This document shows positions 1 to 13,009 of a stretch of DNA of 64,000 nucleotides, in pieces. Origin of the DNA: Felis catus (taxonomy: Eukaryota). The translations under genes and the position numbers were made by a program. The stretch's first letter is position 1. Each line of letters starts with the position of its first letter. The stretch is taken from contig NC_058368.1 of the NCBI RefSeq assembly GCF_018350175.1, positions 1,550,001 to 1,614,000 on the forward strand, written 5' to 3'. A model generated the notes under the pieces. The model worked only from the letters and a program-made list of their open reading frames with translations. It was not told the DNA's origin and made no database searches.

Positions 1-249
1 TAAAGAAAAAGAAATCCAAACATATCACTAAAGAAAATCAGCATACCATGAAAGAAAGATAACAAAGGATCAGAGAAAATCTCCAGAAACAACTACAAAG
101 CAACAAATACAAATATCTATCAATAATTACTTTGAATGTATAATTCAAACCGGACTAAATGCTCCAATCAAAAGACATAGGGTGTCAGAATGGATCATAA
201 TAATTTTTAAAAGACCCATCTATATGCTGCCTACAAAAGACTTGCTTTA

Positions 250-374
250 GGGGCACCTGGGTGGCTCAATCAGTTGAACATCCAACTTCAGCTCAGGTCA
301 TTCAGGTCATGATCTCACAGTTCATGGGTTCAAGCCCCACACTGGGCTCGCTGCTGTTAGCACAAAGCCCACTT

Positions 375-424
<50 letters not shown>

Positions 425-460
425 CCTCCCCTCCTTGTACTCTCAATCAATCAATCAATC
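250..460 (+). mobile_element. CanSINE
   Basis: ggggcacctgggtggctca head, (CT)n tract, A-rich tail. Confidence 0.9.
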
Positions 461-2254
461 AAGACAGACTCATTTTAGACCTAAAAACACCTGCAGATTA
501 AAAGAGAAGGGATAGAGAAACATCTATAATATAAATGGAGGTCAAAAGAAAGCTGGAGTAGCAATACTTATATGGGACAAACTAGACTTTAAAACAAATA
601 CTGTAACAAGAGACAAAGAAGGGCATTATAAAACAATAAAGGGAACGACCCAAAATAAGATGTAACAATTGTAAATATTTATGCACCCAACATGAAGCAC
701 CCAAATACATAAAACAATAACAAACATAAAGGAACTCATTGATAATACTACAATAATAGTAGGGGGCTTTAACACCCCACTTACATCAATGGACAGATCA
801 TCTCAACAGAAAATCACCAAGGAAACAACGGCTTTGAATAACATACTGGAACAGATGGATTTAACAGAGATATTCAGAACATTCCAACCTAAAACAGCAG
901 AATACAAATGATTATCAAGTGCACATGGAATAAGAGATCACACATTAGGCTACAACACAGGCCTCAACCAATTCAAGAAGATCAAAGTCATACCCTGCAC
1001 CTTTTCTGACCACAACACTATGGAACTAGAAGTTAACCACAAGAAAAAACCTGAAGGCCACAAATACACAGAGGTTCCATAAAATGCTACTAAACAATGA
1101 ATGGGTCAACCAGGACACAAAATAAGAAATAAAATGAAAGTACAAGGGTCCAAAATCTTTGGGATGCAGCAAAAGCAATTCTAAGAGAGAAGCTTATAAC
1201 AATACAGGCCTACCTCAAGAAATAAGAAAAATTTCAAATAAATAACCTATGCTTAACCCAAAGAGGCTAGAAAAAGAACAAACAGAACCAAAAACTAGCA
1301 GAAGGAAGGAAATAATAAGGATCAAAGCAGAAATAAATGATATAAATAACAGATCAATGAAACCAGGAGCTGATTTTTACAAAATTAATAAAATTGATAA
1401 ACCTCTAGCCAGACTTATCAAAAAGAAAAAAAAGGACCCAAATAAAGTCACAAATGAGAGAAAACAAGTAACAACCAAAACCACAGAAATACAATTACAA
1501 GAAATTATGAAAAACTAGATGCCAACAAATTGGACGACCTAGAAGAAATGGATAAATTCCCAGAAACATATAAATTACCAAAACTGAAACAAGAAAAAAT
1601 AGAAAATTTGAATAGACTGATAACTGGCAAAGAAATTGAGTCCGTAATCAAAATCCTTCCAACAAACAAAAGTCCTGGACCAGACGGCTTCACAGGTGAG
1701 TTCTACCAAACATTTAAAGTAGAGTTAATAAGTATTCTTCTCAAACTATTCCAAAACATAGAAAAGGAAGGAAAACTTCCAAACTCGTTCTATGAGGTCA
1801 GCATTACCCTGATACCAACATCAGATAAAGACAGCACTAAAAAAGAGAACTATAAGCCAATATCTCTGATGAATACAGATGCAAAAGTCCTCAACAAAAC
1901 ACCAGCAAACTAAATCCAACAATACATTTAAAAAACCATCCAGGACGATCAAGTGGGATTTATTCCTGGGTTGCAAGGGTGGTTCAACATTCGCAAATCA
2001 GTCAACATGATACATTACATTAATAAGAGAAAGAATAAGAACCATATGATTATTTCAATAGATGCAGAAAAGCATTTGACAAAGTACATCCATTCATGAT
2101 AAAAATCCTCAACAAGGTAGGCTTAGAGAAAATACACGTCAACACAACAAAACCCATATATGAAAAACCCCACAGCTAATATCCTAAATGGGGAAAAACT
2201 GACAGCTTTTCCTCTACAGTCAGGACCAAGACAGGAATGTCCACTCTTGCCACT

Positions 2255-2457
2255 TTTTTTTAAACATTCATTCATTCATTCAATTTATTTTGAGTGCAGG
2301 CACACATGTGAGTACGGCAGGGGCAGAGGGAGAAAGAGACAGTGAGAGAGAGATCCAGACTCCCAGCATGGAGCCCAATGAGGGACTCAATCTCATGGCC
2401 TGCGAGATCATGACCTGAGTCACAATCAAGGGACACTTAACTGAGCCACCCAGGAAA
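2255..2457 (-). mobile_element. CanSINE inside L1 ORF2
   Basis: Reverse-complement SINE head (ctgagccacccagg); flanked by ccactttt-like repeats. Confidence 0.85.
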
Positions 2458-4559
2458 CCCAGCACCACTTTTCTTCAACATAGTACTGGAAGTCCTGGCC
2501 ACAGCAATCAGACAACAAAAAGAAATAAAAGGCATCCAAACTGGCAAAGAAGTAAAACTTTCGTTATTTGCAGATGACATAATACTCTGTACAGAACACC
2601 TAAAAGACTCCACCAAGAAACTACTAGAACTGAAAAATGAGTTCAGTAAAGTCACAGGTCAAAAATCAACATACAGATATCTGCTGCATTTCTTTCTATA
2701 CACCCATAATGAAGCAGCAGAAAGACAAATTAAGGAACTAATCCCATTTACAATTACACCAAAAATAATAAGATTCCTAGGAATAAACCTAACCAAAAAG
2801 GTAAAGAACTATACTCTGAAAACTATAAAACTCTGATGGAAGAAACTGAAGACAACACAAGAAATGGAAAGACATTCTATGCTCATGGACAGGAAGAAGA
2901 AATATTATTAAAATGTCTATATGACTCAAAGCAATCTACACACGTAATGCAATCCCTATCAAAACACCAATGGCATTTTTCACAGAGCTAGAACAAACAA
3001 TCCTAACATTTGTATGAAACCAGAAAAGACCCAAATAGCCAAAGCAATCTTGAAAAAGAAAAGCAAAGCTGGAGGCATCACAAGTCCAGATTTCAAGCCA
3101 TATTACAGAGCTGTAGTGAGCAAGATAGTATGGAATTGGCCCAAAAACAGACACACAGATCAATGGAACAGAATATACAACACAGACATGAACCCATGGT
3201 TATATGGTCAATTAATCTCGACAAAGCAGGAAAGGATATGCAATGGGAAAAAGACCGTCTCTTCAACAAATGGTGTTGGGAAAACTGGACAGCCACATGC
3301 AAAAGAATGAAACGGCAACATTCTCTTTCACCATACACAAGAATAAACTCAAAATGGGTTACAGACCTAAATGTGACACCTGAAACCATAAAAATTCTTG
3401 AAGAGAGCACAGGCAGTGATTTCTCTGACATCAGGCCACGGCAAATTTTTTCTTGATGTCTCCTGAGGCAAGGGAAACAAAAATACGCTTGGGGACTACG
3501 TCAAAGTAACAAGTTTCCACGCGGCCAAGGAAACAATCAACAAAACTAAAAAGCAACCAATGGAATGAGAGAGGATATTTGCAAATGATGGATCTGATAA
3601 AGGGTTAGTATCCAAAATCTAGAAAGAACTTATAAAACTCACACCAAAAAAACAAACAATCCAATCAAAAACGGGCAGAAGATATGAATAGAGAAGACAT
3701 CCAAATGACCAACAGAAACGTGAAGAGGTGCTCAAGATCACTGGTCATCAGGGAAATACAAAACAAAACTACAATGAGTGTAGACACCCTCATACCTGTC
3801 AGAGTGGCTAAAATCAACAACATAAGAAACAAGGGTTGGCAAGAATGCAAAAGGAGAACCATCTTGCACTGTTGGTGGGAATGCGAACTGGTACAGCCAC
3901 CTTGGAAAACAGTGGGGAGGGTCCTCAAAAATTAAAATGGAAGTGCTCTACGGTTCAACAATCATACTACTATGTATTTACCCAAAGAATACAAAAATAC
4001 TAATTCAATGGAATACACGCACCCCAATGTTTATAGCAGCATTATCTACAATAGCCAAATTATGGAAAAAGCCCAAGTGTCCATTGACTGATGAATGGAT
4101 AAAGAAGACAGGGTATATACATACAATGGAATATTACTCAGCCCTAAAAAAGATGAAATCTTGCCATTTGCAATGACGTGGATGGAGTTACAGAATATTA
4201 TGCTAAGCAAAACAGGTCAGAGAAAAACAAATACCATATGATAACTCTTATGTGGAATTTAAGAAACAAAACAAAATATTTGGAATATTATGGAAAAGGC
4301 AAAACGGTAAGAAAAAAAAACAAAAACAGATGACTGTTTGCTAGGGCCTAAGGGGAGGGAGGAGACTGAGAACAGGGGAAGGAGGGCACTCTGGGTGGTA
4401 ATGGAAACGTTCTCAAGTCTGAATGTGATGGTGACTACACGATTATACGCATTTGTCAAAACACACAGAACTGATCACTAAAAATGGTGAATTTTATTAT
4501 ATGTAAGCTATAGTTGTGTAAACTTGATCTTACAAATTTTTCTTTAAAAAAACACACGG

Positions 4560-4760
4560 AGTGGTGCCTTGGTGGCTCAGTCAGTTAAACCTCTGACTGC
4601 GGCTCAGAGCATGATCTCACGGTTTGTGGGTCTGTGCTGACAGCTTGGGGCCTGGAGCCTGCTTCGGATTCTGTTGTCTCCCTCTCTCTCTCCGCCCCTC
4701 CCCTGCTCATGCTGTCTCTCTCACTCTCAAAAATAAACAAACATTAAAAAATTAAAAAAG
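4560..4760 (+). mobile_element. CanSINE
   Basis: SINE head, CT tract and aaaaataaac tail. Confidence 0.85.
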
Positions 4761-6759
4761 AACACACATGGAACAGAAAAGGTAAGATTTGAGTTTCTGT
4801 GTATACTCTCGTATGTTCTCAGTGTTGGCTGCCCATGTGCCCTTTGCTACGCAAGCACCCCAGCCCCGTCCCTACCGAAATGATTACACTGAGTCTCGGT
4901 GAACCAAGACCTAATGTCCAAAAAGTTTCCATCCTTTAAGAAAATATACACATTTAAAAGTGATGTTAGTTTTTATGAATAGTGCATCCTGTAATTCCTG
5001 ACAGTGTCTCAAAGTCCTCATCAAAATGACTCGCATCTTCTAAATTTTAAAGGTAAAGTTCAGATGCAAATTCTGCGCATCTACATAGATGATGAAATTT
5101 TTACTTCTAGGGTTTCAGCAATTGTCCTGATTTTGTATAAGTAAATTCCATTTAAACTCCCTAATTCTATAAGCCATTCCCATGGCTCCTACCGGCTACT
5201 TCAATCTCAAGTCTTAAATTCCAGAAATCAGATAAAGGCTCTATATCACAGCACTAAGGCTCTTTCAGAGTCAGTCAAAGCTTTAGACAGGCTTTTCAGA
5301 ATAAACTTACTTTTCCAGCACAGTAGATTTTCTTGCTAGGCAAGATTTGATTTCCAAATTGCACTAAGTTCTAGTAATTCAGGTTTCATTCTCGCCTGCT
5401 CCCACATTTCAGCAGACAATTAAGGAACTTTCTGACCCGTGCTCCTACCCTCTGGGGTTTGGGTAGAAGACAATCCACCATAGAGAGTTACACTCACATT
5501 CCTGGGACTCTGACCCTCAGGGACTCAGTAAATCCTACAGTAGGACTGTTTGTAGTTAAACAACCGTGTGGCAAGCAGTGTGTTTTGTTCATTTGTTAAT
5601 TCACAAACTCTGTCTCCTGCTTTTGAACAATTCCCAAAGGTAATAATTTTCCTTTTGTAAGAAAATGTCTCCAAATGGCCCAGATTAATATTTCTACGAG
5701 GCAAACCTTTCCTTTTATAAATTGGAAAACAGAATTCTAAGAGCTGATAAGGGTACAGCTAGCAAGAAGTCTATGGGCACCAAGATGAGGCAGGGCCAGG
5801 AGGCCTGGTAAAGAGTAGACACCTGACAGATGGCGCTTTGGTACCTCAGCTTTAATAACATTCTTAGATGGAAGGTTCTTTCAGATCACATATCACATGA
5901 TGAACATAACAATTATGTTAAATCCAAAAACCATACTTAAATCTGATACAATTTTGGGCAAAGCACACAGCAAGAAGCGTTCTAAGTTTTAAACAAAAGT
6001 CACGATACAAAATTCTATTTATGGTATAATGTTAAGTATGTTAGAGAAAGAGAGGAAAGACCTAGAAGAAATGGAAGGAAACAAAATACATCAAAACGTT
6101 AAGACATTTGGGAACAATGGACCGACACAGGATTTTCCTAAACTCCCTTCATTCTTCCTTTACTCTTTAAAACATATTTTTAACATCCTTAGATTGTTAG
6201 AAATCTCATGTAATTTAACAAACACATGATAGAACACGAGGCAGGTTTTGATTTGGGAGGGTTATTGACTTGTTTGTTTGATAAACAGAAGATGAAATTA
6301 ATAAGCATTAGTTGCAAAATTTGCAAAATCGAGTTTGCCCTGGGTCATACAAAGAAATTGTGTAAACACGCTCAAGACAGTCAAAGCAACAGACAAAAAA
6401 ATGCAATCTTGATTTTTGTTTTCTTACCCATTCTTCCTTCTGGCTAGCTTCACTGTCCTACTAAACGCCTTCCTTGGAGGATTCTAATCAGGATACAGAA
6501 TAAAACCCAAACTCTTGATTTCTTTCAGAGAACACTTAAATAGCGCTCCTATAAGCCATGCGTTACTCCAAGCCTCTTACAAATGTTAATTCATTTCCCC
6601 TAAGTAAGTCTTCAGGCTGGCATTCAAGCACTCCCCACTTGGTTTCCACTCCCAGCCCTCTCCCACTGCTCCAAACGCCCTGTGACAGCCTCACCATTCC
6701 ACTCTGGTTGCCTAAAATACACTCACTGGCACTGCTCATCCTCATTCTTTCATTCCCCA

Positions 6760-6967
6760 TTTTTTTTTAATATTTATTTATTATTTTTGAGAGTCAGAGC
6801 GTGAGGGGGGGGAGGGGCAGAGAGAGAGGGAGACCCAGAATCCATAGCAGGCTCCAGGCTCTGAGCTGTCAGCACAGAGCCCCATGCGGGGCTGAAACTC
6901 TCGAGCCGTGAGATCATGACCTGAGCCGAAGTCGGACACCCAACCGACTGAGCCACCCAGGTGCCCC
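6760..6967 (-). mobile_element. CanSINE
   Basis: Reverse-complement SINE ending in ccacccaggtgcccc. Confidence 0.9.
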
Positions 6968-7956
6968 ATCATCCGATCATTTCTTTCTGAGACACTGTCC
7001 CCACCCGTTCCCCAAAATCCACTTGTCAAAGGCCAAAGCAGGCTCATATCCTACCTTCATCAAACCTTCCCAAACCCTCCTGGCTCAGATCTGGGCTCCT
7101 CCCTATTACTCTTCATAGAACTAGAAGTACAAGGAATTTCCAAAGAACATAATCTCTGATAGGCAATAAATCTAGTTACTAGAGTTTACATCACCTTTCT
7201 CTATATTCCCTTCCTTACACTGACTGACTCAGTGTTGTTCTGCATAACAAATGCTGCTCAGTATGTAAATGTCACATGTATTCAATCTGCAGACAGACCT
7301 TAAAGAGCAACTTTCAATACTGTGCATAGAACATGTTACCCCGCATCATTTGTTTACTATCAAAATTGTATACAAATGGTCACAACAGAAAATTATTTAT
7401 TTTATAAACTTTTTAAGCATTTTCTGTGTTAAGTGCTGTGACTAAAAATTTTACATGCATTATAACCCAGAATATTCCCCAAAAACTATCCCGTAAGAGG
7501 AAGACTCACCTTACATTCAAGTCATCATAAAGTTCTCCTATTATGCAGTACTATCATTTTTTTTTTTTTTGAAAAATAATATACTGTTTGGGGAAAACAC
7601 ATTGATCTGAACTAATTCAATCACGCTAGCCTAGAGATCATCTGATAAAATCTATTTTTCAAAATGGGACCAGGAGACAAAGAAATTTAACATAGATGTT
7701 TTAATTATTCCTGGGGCATGACTTCACAATTGCTACGGCAGGAAAATTTGTAAATAAACTTTATAAAGATCACTTTAACACACAAAAAGCAACATAGTTG
7801 TTACGTTGAGAAACAAGTATACCACCAGAGAAAGTTTTGAGAATTGGTCAAGGCTGGATATAAACCTTCCAATGCCATATCACATGTGATGCACAGCAAC
7901 ATCTCAGGAAAGCAAAGAAGATGTGCTGTGGAAAACTGTTTAGAAAACAGACTCAA

Positions 7957-8906
7957 GGGGCGCCTGAGTGGCTCAGTTGGTTAAGCATCCAACCTTTGGT
8001 TTTGGCTCGAGTCATGATCTCACGGTTCATGTGATCAAGTCCCCATGTCAGGCTCCTTGCTGACAGCACAGAGCCTGCATGGGATTTTCTCTTTCCCTCT
8101 CTCTCTGCCTCTCCCCATTCACTCTTTCTGTCTCTTCCTCTCAAAATAAATCAATTAATTTAGTAAAAATAATAAAGTCTCGAGGCACCTGGGTGGCTCA
8201 GTCAGTTAAGTATCCGACTTTGGCTCAGGTCATGATCTCACAGTTTGTGAGTTCAAGCCCCATGTCAGACTCTGTGTTAATAGCTCAGAGCCTGGAGCCT
8301 GTTTCAGATTCTGTGTCTCCTTCTCTCTCTGCCCCTCCCCTGCTCACACTCTGTCTCTCTCTCTAAAATAAACATTTTTTTGAAATTTTTTTTAACATTT
8401 ATTTATTTTTTGAGACAGAGAGAGACAAAGCATGAACGGGGGAGGGTCAAAGAGAGGGAGACACAGAATCTGAAACAGGCTCCAGGCTCTGAGCTGTCAG
8501 CACAGAGCCCGATGCGGGCCTCGAATTCACAGACAGCAAGATCATGACGTGAGCCAAAGTCGGCCGCTTAACTGACTGAGCCACCCAGGCGCCCCTAAAA
8601 TAAACATTTTAAAAAATATCTTTAAATAATAATAAAGTCTCATTCATTAAAGAAAAAAAAAAAGAGACTCTCAAAACATCACTCTACTGAAGGCAGACAC
8701 TGGAGTCAGAGATACTTTTTTTTTGCCAATGTTTATTTCTGAGAGAGACAGAGTGTGAGCAGGGGAGGGGCAGAGAGAGAGGGAGACACAATCTGAGCTG
8801 TCAGCACAGAGCCCGATGAAGGGCTTGAACTTGTGAACTGTGAGATCATGACCTGAGCCGAGATCAATAGTCAAATGTTTAACCGACTGAGCTACCGGGG
8901 AGCCCT
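7957..8906. mobile_element. Cluster of four CanSINEs (+7957-8165, +8182-8378, -8379-8595, -8715-8906)
   Basis: TSD aataataaagtctc at 8168-8181 and 8628-8641; TSD taaaataaacatttt at 8364-8378 and 8596-8610. Confidence 0.9.
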
Positions 8907-9667
8907 GAAACACTCGTTAAGAGTTTCAACAGAAATGGCTTTTTTTGAAAAAATGTGAAGGAAATATTTCAGTAATGTGTTAGATATGCCTATTTAAGAT
9001 CACATTATAATAACTATAATACTTTATTATGGATCATGTAAATATTATACATCAAATTGACCCCAGAAAGAACTGTTTTCATCTCCTCATTGGAAACATG
9101 GAGACTTGACTTCCATGGCAGTGACCTCAGGTGTGAACACGGACGGTTCTCTTCACAAGCACCCGGTGCCCTGGCTATTACGTCAATTGTACGGATGAGG
9201 AAGCGCAGCTTTGACCTTAAGAGACTCACAAGGTCACACAGCTGCTCAGTGCGGAGTCCACTTGACTTACAGTGTGTGTCCTCAACCACCACCTCCACGG
9301 CAGGAAGCTCCCACAGGCCTTTCGTGTCAGAAGCCACAAAATGTAATTTGTTTCTCCTCCTCTGGTAGGATCAGCATAAAAAGCACATACTTTCCTTAGA
9401 AACGAGATGTGCGTCAAGAACCTTCTCTGCTGAGCCCACACCGTGATCCTCAGACGGTGAATCCCCCACCCTCACAGCACCCAGCATCGCAGTAAGGGTG
9501 GAACAGACAGCACTCGAAAGCTCCTTAAAGGACCCCTCTGATCCCAGGTAAGACTCCCCAGTTTGATACAACCTTCACCAAATGAGAGACAGAGATGAAA
9601 ATACTCAAAAGAGATATGGAATTGGCAAACAGTGCTCTTCTTATGTACCATTTGACACTCATTTGTG

Positions 9668-10086
9668 GTTTTTTTTAATGTTTATTTATTTATTTTGAGA
9701 GAGGGAGAGAGAATCCCAAGCTGACAGCACAGAGCCTGACACAGTACTTAAATTCATGAACCATGAGATCATGTCCGGAACCGAGATCAAGAATCAGATG
9801 CTTAGGGGCACCGGGTGGCTCAGTGAGTTAAGCGTCCGACTTGACTTCAGCTCAGGTCATGAATTCATAGTTCATGGGTTGGAGCCCCCCCACCAGGCTC
9901 TGGACTGGCAGCTCAGAGCCTGGAGTCGGCTTCAGATTTTGTTTCTCCCTCTCTCTGTCCCTCCCCTGCTCACACTCTGTCTCTTTGGCTCAAAAATAAA
10001 TAAACATTAAAAAAAAAAAACTAAAAAAAAAAAAAAAAAAAAAAAAAAAGTCAGACATTTAACTGACTGAACCACCCAGGCGCTCC
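9668..10086. mobile_element. Minus-strand CanSINE with a plus-strand CanSINE (~9805-10049) nested in it
   Basis: The outer SINE sequence resumes after the long poly(A) at ~10050. Confidence 0.85.
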
Positions 10087-10953
10087 AACACGCATTTGTT
10101 AAATGAAGTAGAAAAATTTTAGTGCTACAAAGATGGAGAACCTACATTTCCTGTCTTTGACTTCAATCTCAAAAGTAGCAGCTGACCATAAAACACACTG
10201 TCTTTCTGGTCTGCTCCCAAATTCTCAGCTAGAATGTCGTTACAGAAACAAAATGCAATGTGCAACATGGAATAAATGGAAATGGGCCAGCCTCAGAACA
10301 CATAATATCCAGGAGGGAGATCAGGAGTGATGCTAGTTTAGGTAAACCTGCTTAAACCTTACAGCACTAAGTGTAACATGTTTCAAAGACAAATTTATAC
10401 ATCGCGGTTCTTAAAGAGGTGCAGAAGCCGTCCACAGACACAGGAGCTCCAGGAGGGATGGGTCCTGACCCGGCAGGCACCAACCTGCCCGCACAGCCCC
10501 TGCGGCTGTCCCCCAGCCTCGCCTGGAGCTTTCTCTGCTGTGTCAACAGTTCTTTCAGGAGTTCTTTTTAAAAGTGAAGTCGCTGGAAAAGCTAAATGCA
10601 AATATTACAAGAAATGAAAAGGTTTATTCTAGGTGATTTCTTTAAGCTTTTACTGTATTATGTATCAGAACAAGAATATGATCTCTCATTCAGTAAGAAC
10701 ATAAAACAAAAAGAAACGTGTTAGCTGTCCAGAAAACCGTATTTCTGCTCAAAATTCTCCTCTGAACACAGTAGTTTGAGGAGAGACTGTATAGGAGATG
10801 TTTTGAAACAATGTTTCCTAGCACATAAAACAGAACCCCGACCTTCAGGTACATGATGCCCACACTTTGCCCTTTATCTTCCCCTGCTCTTCCAAGGGGA
10901 CTGGAACACCATCCCAAGAGCTTACAGACCTGAGTGCAGGACCCTTAACTCAC

Positions 10954-11080
10954 CTGAATGTGCAGGGCGCCCTCTACTGCCTCCTGGATGTTCAAACAGC
11001 CACTGATGAGTGACAGCTGGTCTTGGGCACCCAGAGAGCCTTTCAGAGAGCCCGACTGCTCCAGAAACATCATCTCTTTT
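10954..11080 (-). CDS. CRYL1: CRYL1 coding exon 3 ([43 protein letters not shown])
   Basis: ttctttctag|AAAAGAGATG...CACATTCAG|gtgagt; 127 nt, phase 2 to phase 0, open in frame with exons 1-2. Recognisable lambda-crystallin sequence. Confidence 0.96.
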
Positions 11081-11134
11081 CTAGAAAGAAGAGTGACCCT
11101 GTGAGTATTCAAGAGCAAATTAAAGGCAACGGTA

Positions 11135-11214
11135 GGGCGCCTGGGTGGCTAAGTTGGTTAAGCATCTGTCCAAGTCTTGATTTGGGCTCAGGTCACGATC
11201 TCAAGGTTCATGGG

Positions 11215-11252
<38 letters not shown>

Positions 11253-11530
11253 TCTGCCCTTACCCCGCTCATGTGCTCTCTCAAAATAAATAAACTTAAA
11301 AAAAATTAAGACAAAGGGGCGCCTGGGTGGCTCGGTCGGTTAAGCGTCCGACTTCGGCTCAAGGCATGATGTCGCGGTCCATGAGTTCGAGCCCCACGAT
11401 GGGCTTTGTGCTGACGGCTCAGAACCTGGAGGCTGCTTCCGATTCTGTGTCTCCCTCTCTCTCTGCCCCTTCCCTTTTCACACTCTCTCTTGCTCGCTCT
11501 CAAAAATAAACATTTAAAAAATTTTTTTAA
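11135..11530 (+). mobile_element. Two tandem CanSINEs just upstream (in transcript sense) of the exon 3 acceptor
   Basis: Heads at ~11135 and ~11316, each with a CT tract and A tail. Confidence 0.9.
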
Positions 11531-11539
11531 TTAAAACGA

Positions 11540-12260
11540 AGGTAAACATCACTAACTAGTAGGGAAATGCAAATCAAAACCACAGCGATCTACCCCTTCA
11601 CAGCCATTAGAATCTAAATAAGTAAACCAAGATGTTAGTGAGGACGTGGAGAAATTGAAACCCTGTGGAAATGTGAAAGGGCCAGCCACAGTGGCAGTTT
11701 GAGGACTTCTCAAAAAGTTAAAAACAGAACTACCAAATGATCCAGCAATTCCATTTCTGGTTATACCCCCCCCCCCAAAATGAAAGCAGGTATTCAAACG
11801 GGCATTTGTGCACCCATGTTCCATGGTTTACAATAACCAAAAGATGGGAACCCAAAAAGTCCACACCTGGGTGAATGGATAAACAAATGTGGTGTGTGCA
11901 TACCGCAGAATTCAATCAGTACAATTCAGCCTTAAAACGGAAATCCTGTCACAGCAACCACAGGGACAGACCTTGAGGACGTCAGGCTAAGTGAAATACG
12001 CCAGTCACAAAAAGACGAATGCTGTATGATCCCACTTACACGCGGTGCCCAGGACAGTCAAACTCACAGAGCAGAAGTAGAATGGAGGCTGCCAGGGCTG
12101 GGTGAGGGTGACCGTGGTTTCGGGGATACAGAGTTTCAGTTGTGCGAGATGGCCTTTTGGTGACGGACGGCTGCACAGTGAGAATGTGCTTAATATCGCT
12201 GAACTGTACAGTCAGAAATTATTAAGATAGTAGACTTTATGTTACGTACATTTCACAATT
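11540..12260 (+). mobile_element. Old L1 (L1MB-like) 3' end
   Basis: agggaaatgcaaatcaaaaccac...gatccagcaattcc...gctaagtgaaat...cagtcacaaaaagac. Confidence 0.85.
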
Positions 12261-12382
12261 CTTTTTTTATTTTTATCTCTTTAAGAGATGGGGCGAGGCC
12301 AACAGGAGGTAAGACTGGAGAGTAGTCTCCGCCCGCTTCTTTCAGTCCTGGGGGACGGGGCTGAAAGAACGTATCTCATAAT

Positions 12383-12851
12383 CAGACCAGCTGGCTTCGT
12401 GGGGTGCGGCCTGTGCGTCACAGAGATGGGCGCTCAGAAGGGCCCTGGGCTGGGTCTGATGCCCTGCCGTCACGGTCTCAAAATTCTTTTGTGTTTTTTT
12501 TGAGAGAGAGAGAGAGAGAGAGCACGACTGAGCAAGGGGCAGGGAGGAGAAAGAGAATCCCATGAGGGACAGACAGAGAGGGAGAGGGAGAGGGAGAGGG
12601 AGAGGGAGAGGGAGAGACAGGAGCAGGGTTCACCCACAACGGGGCTTGACCTTGCCTGAAGCAGGGCCTGAGCCGCCCCGTGGGGGACTCAAACTCCTGA
12701 ACCGAACCGTGAGACCGTGACCTGCAGCAAAGTCAGATGCTTAACAGACTAAGCCACCCAGGCGCCCCTCACTGTCTCAAAATTCTTAATGACTATCAAG
12801 CAAAGGGTCCCACATTTTCATTTAGCCTCATAAATTATGCAGTCAGTCCGG
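12383..12851 (+). mobile_element. MER91-like hAT MITE interrupted by a minus-strand CanSINE (~12490-12768)
   Basis: MER91A-like body; 8-bp TSD-like ctcataat (12375-12382) / cttataat (12852-12859). SINE TSD cac(g/t)gtctcaaaattctt at ~12471 and ~12770. Confidence 0.75.
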
Positions 12852-13009
12852 CTTATAATTCGTGATATATTAAATAAACAAGACAGAGAACACATACAAA
12901 CACACACAGCAAGGAACAACATTTATGCTTTCCAAAAACTTCTGTGGGTTCTTCCCAGTGAGTCAAACAATTTTTACATCGCTTCGTATCACGGTTTTTA
13001 TCTTTACGC

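Larger units (their letters stand above)
1..4270 (+). mobile_element. Decayed LINE-1 (inter-ORF region, ORF2 endonuclease/RT, 3' region), interrupted by two SINEs
   Basis: ORF fragments [20 protein letters not shown] at 2567-2578, FNKWCWENW and TPMFIAAL; many stops and frameshifts. Confidence 0.95.

Noticed and set aside
1249..4176. RT/endonuclease ORFs as an active or novel retroelement
   Set aside because: Ordinary L1 ORF2 broken by many stops, frameshifts and a SINE. No L1 in the window is intact.
5305..5430. Minus-strand GTAAGT donor with upstream sequence, considered as CRYL1 exon 4
   Set aside because: No frame resembles the expected ECVPEDLELKKKIF continuation; exon 4 is not in this window.
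9014..9571. Cluster of ~60-107 aa ORFs in unique intron 3 sequence
   Set aside because: No recognisable protein similarity or consistent exon structure; lengths are within chance range.
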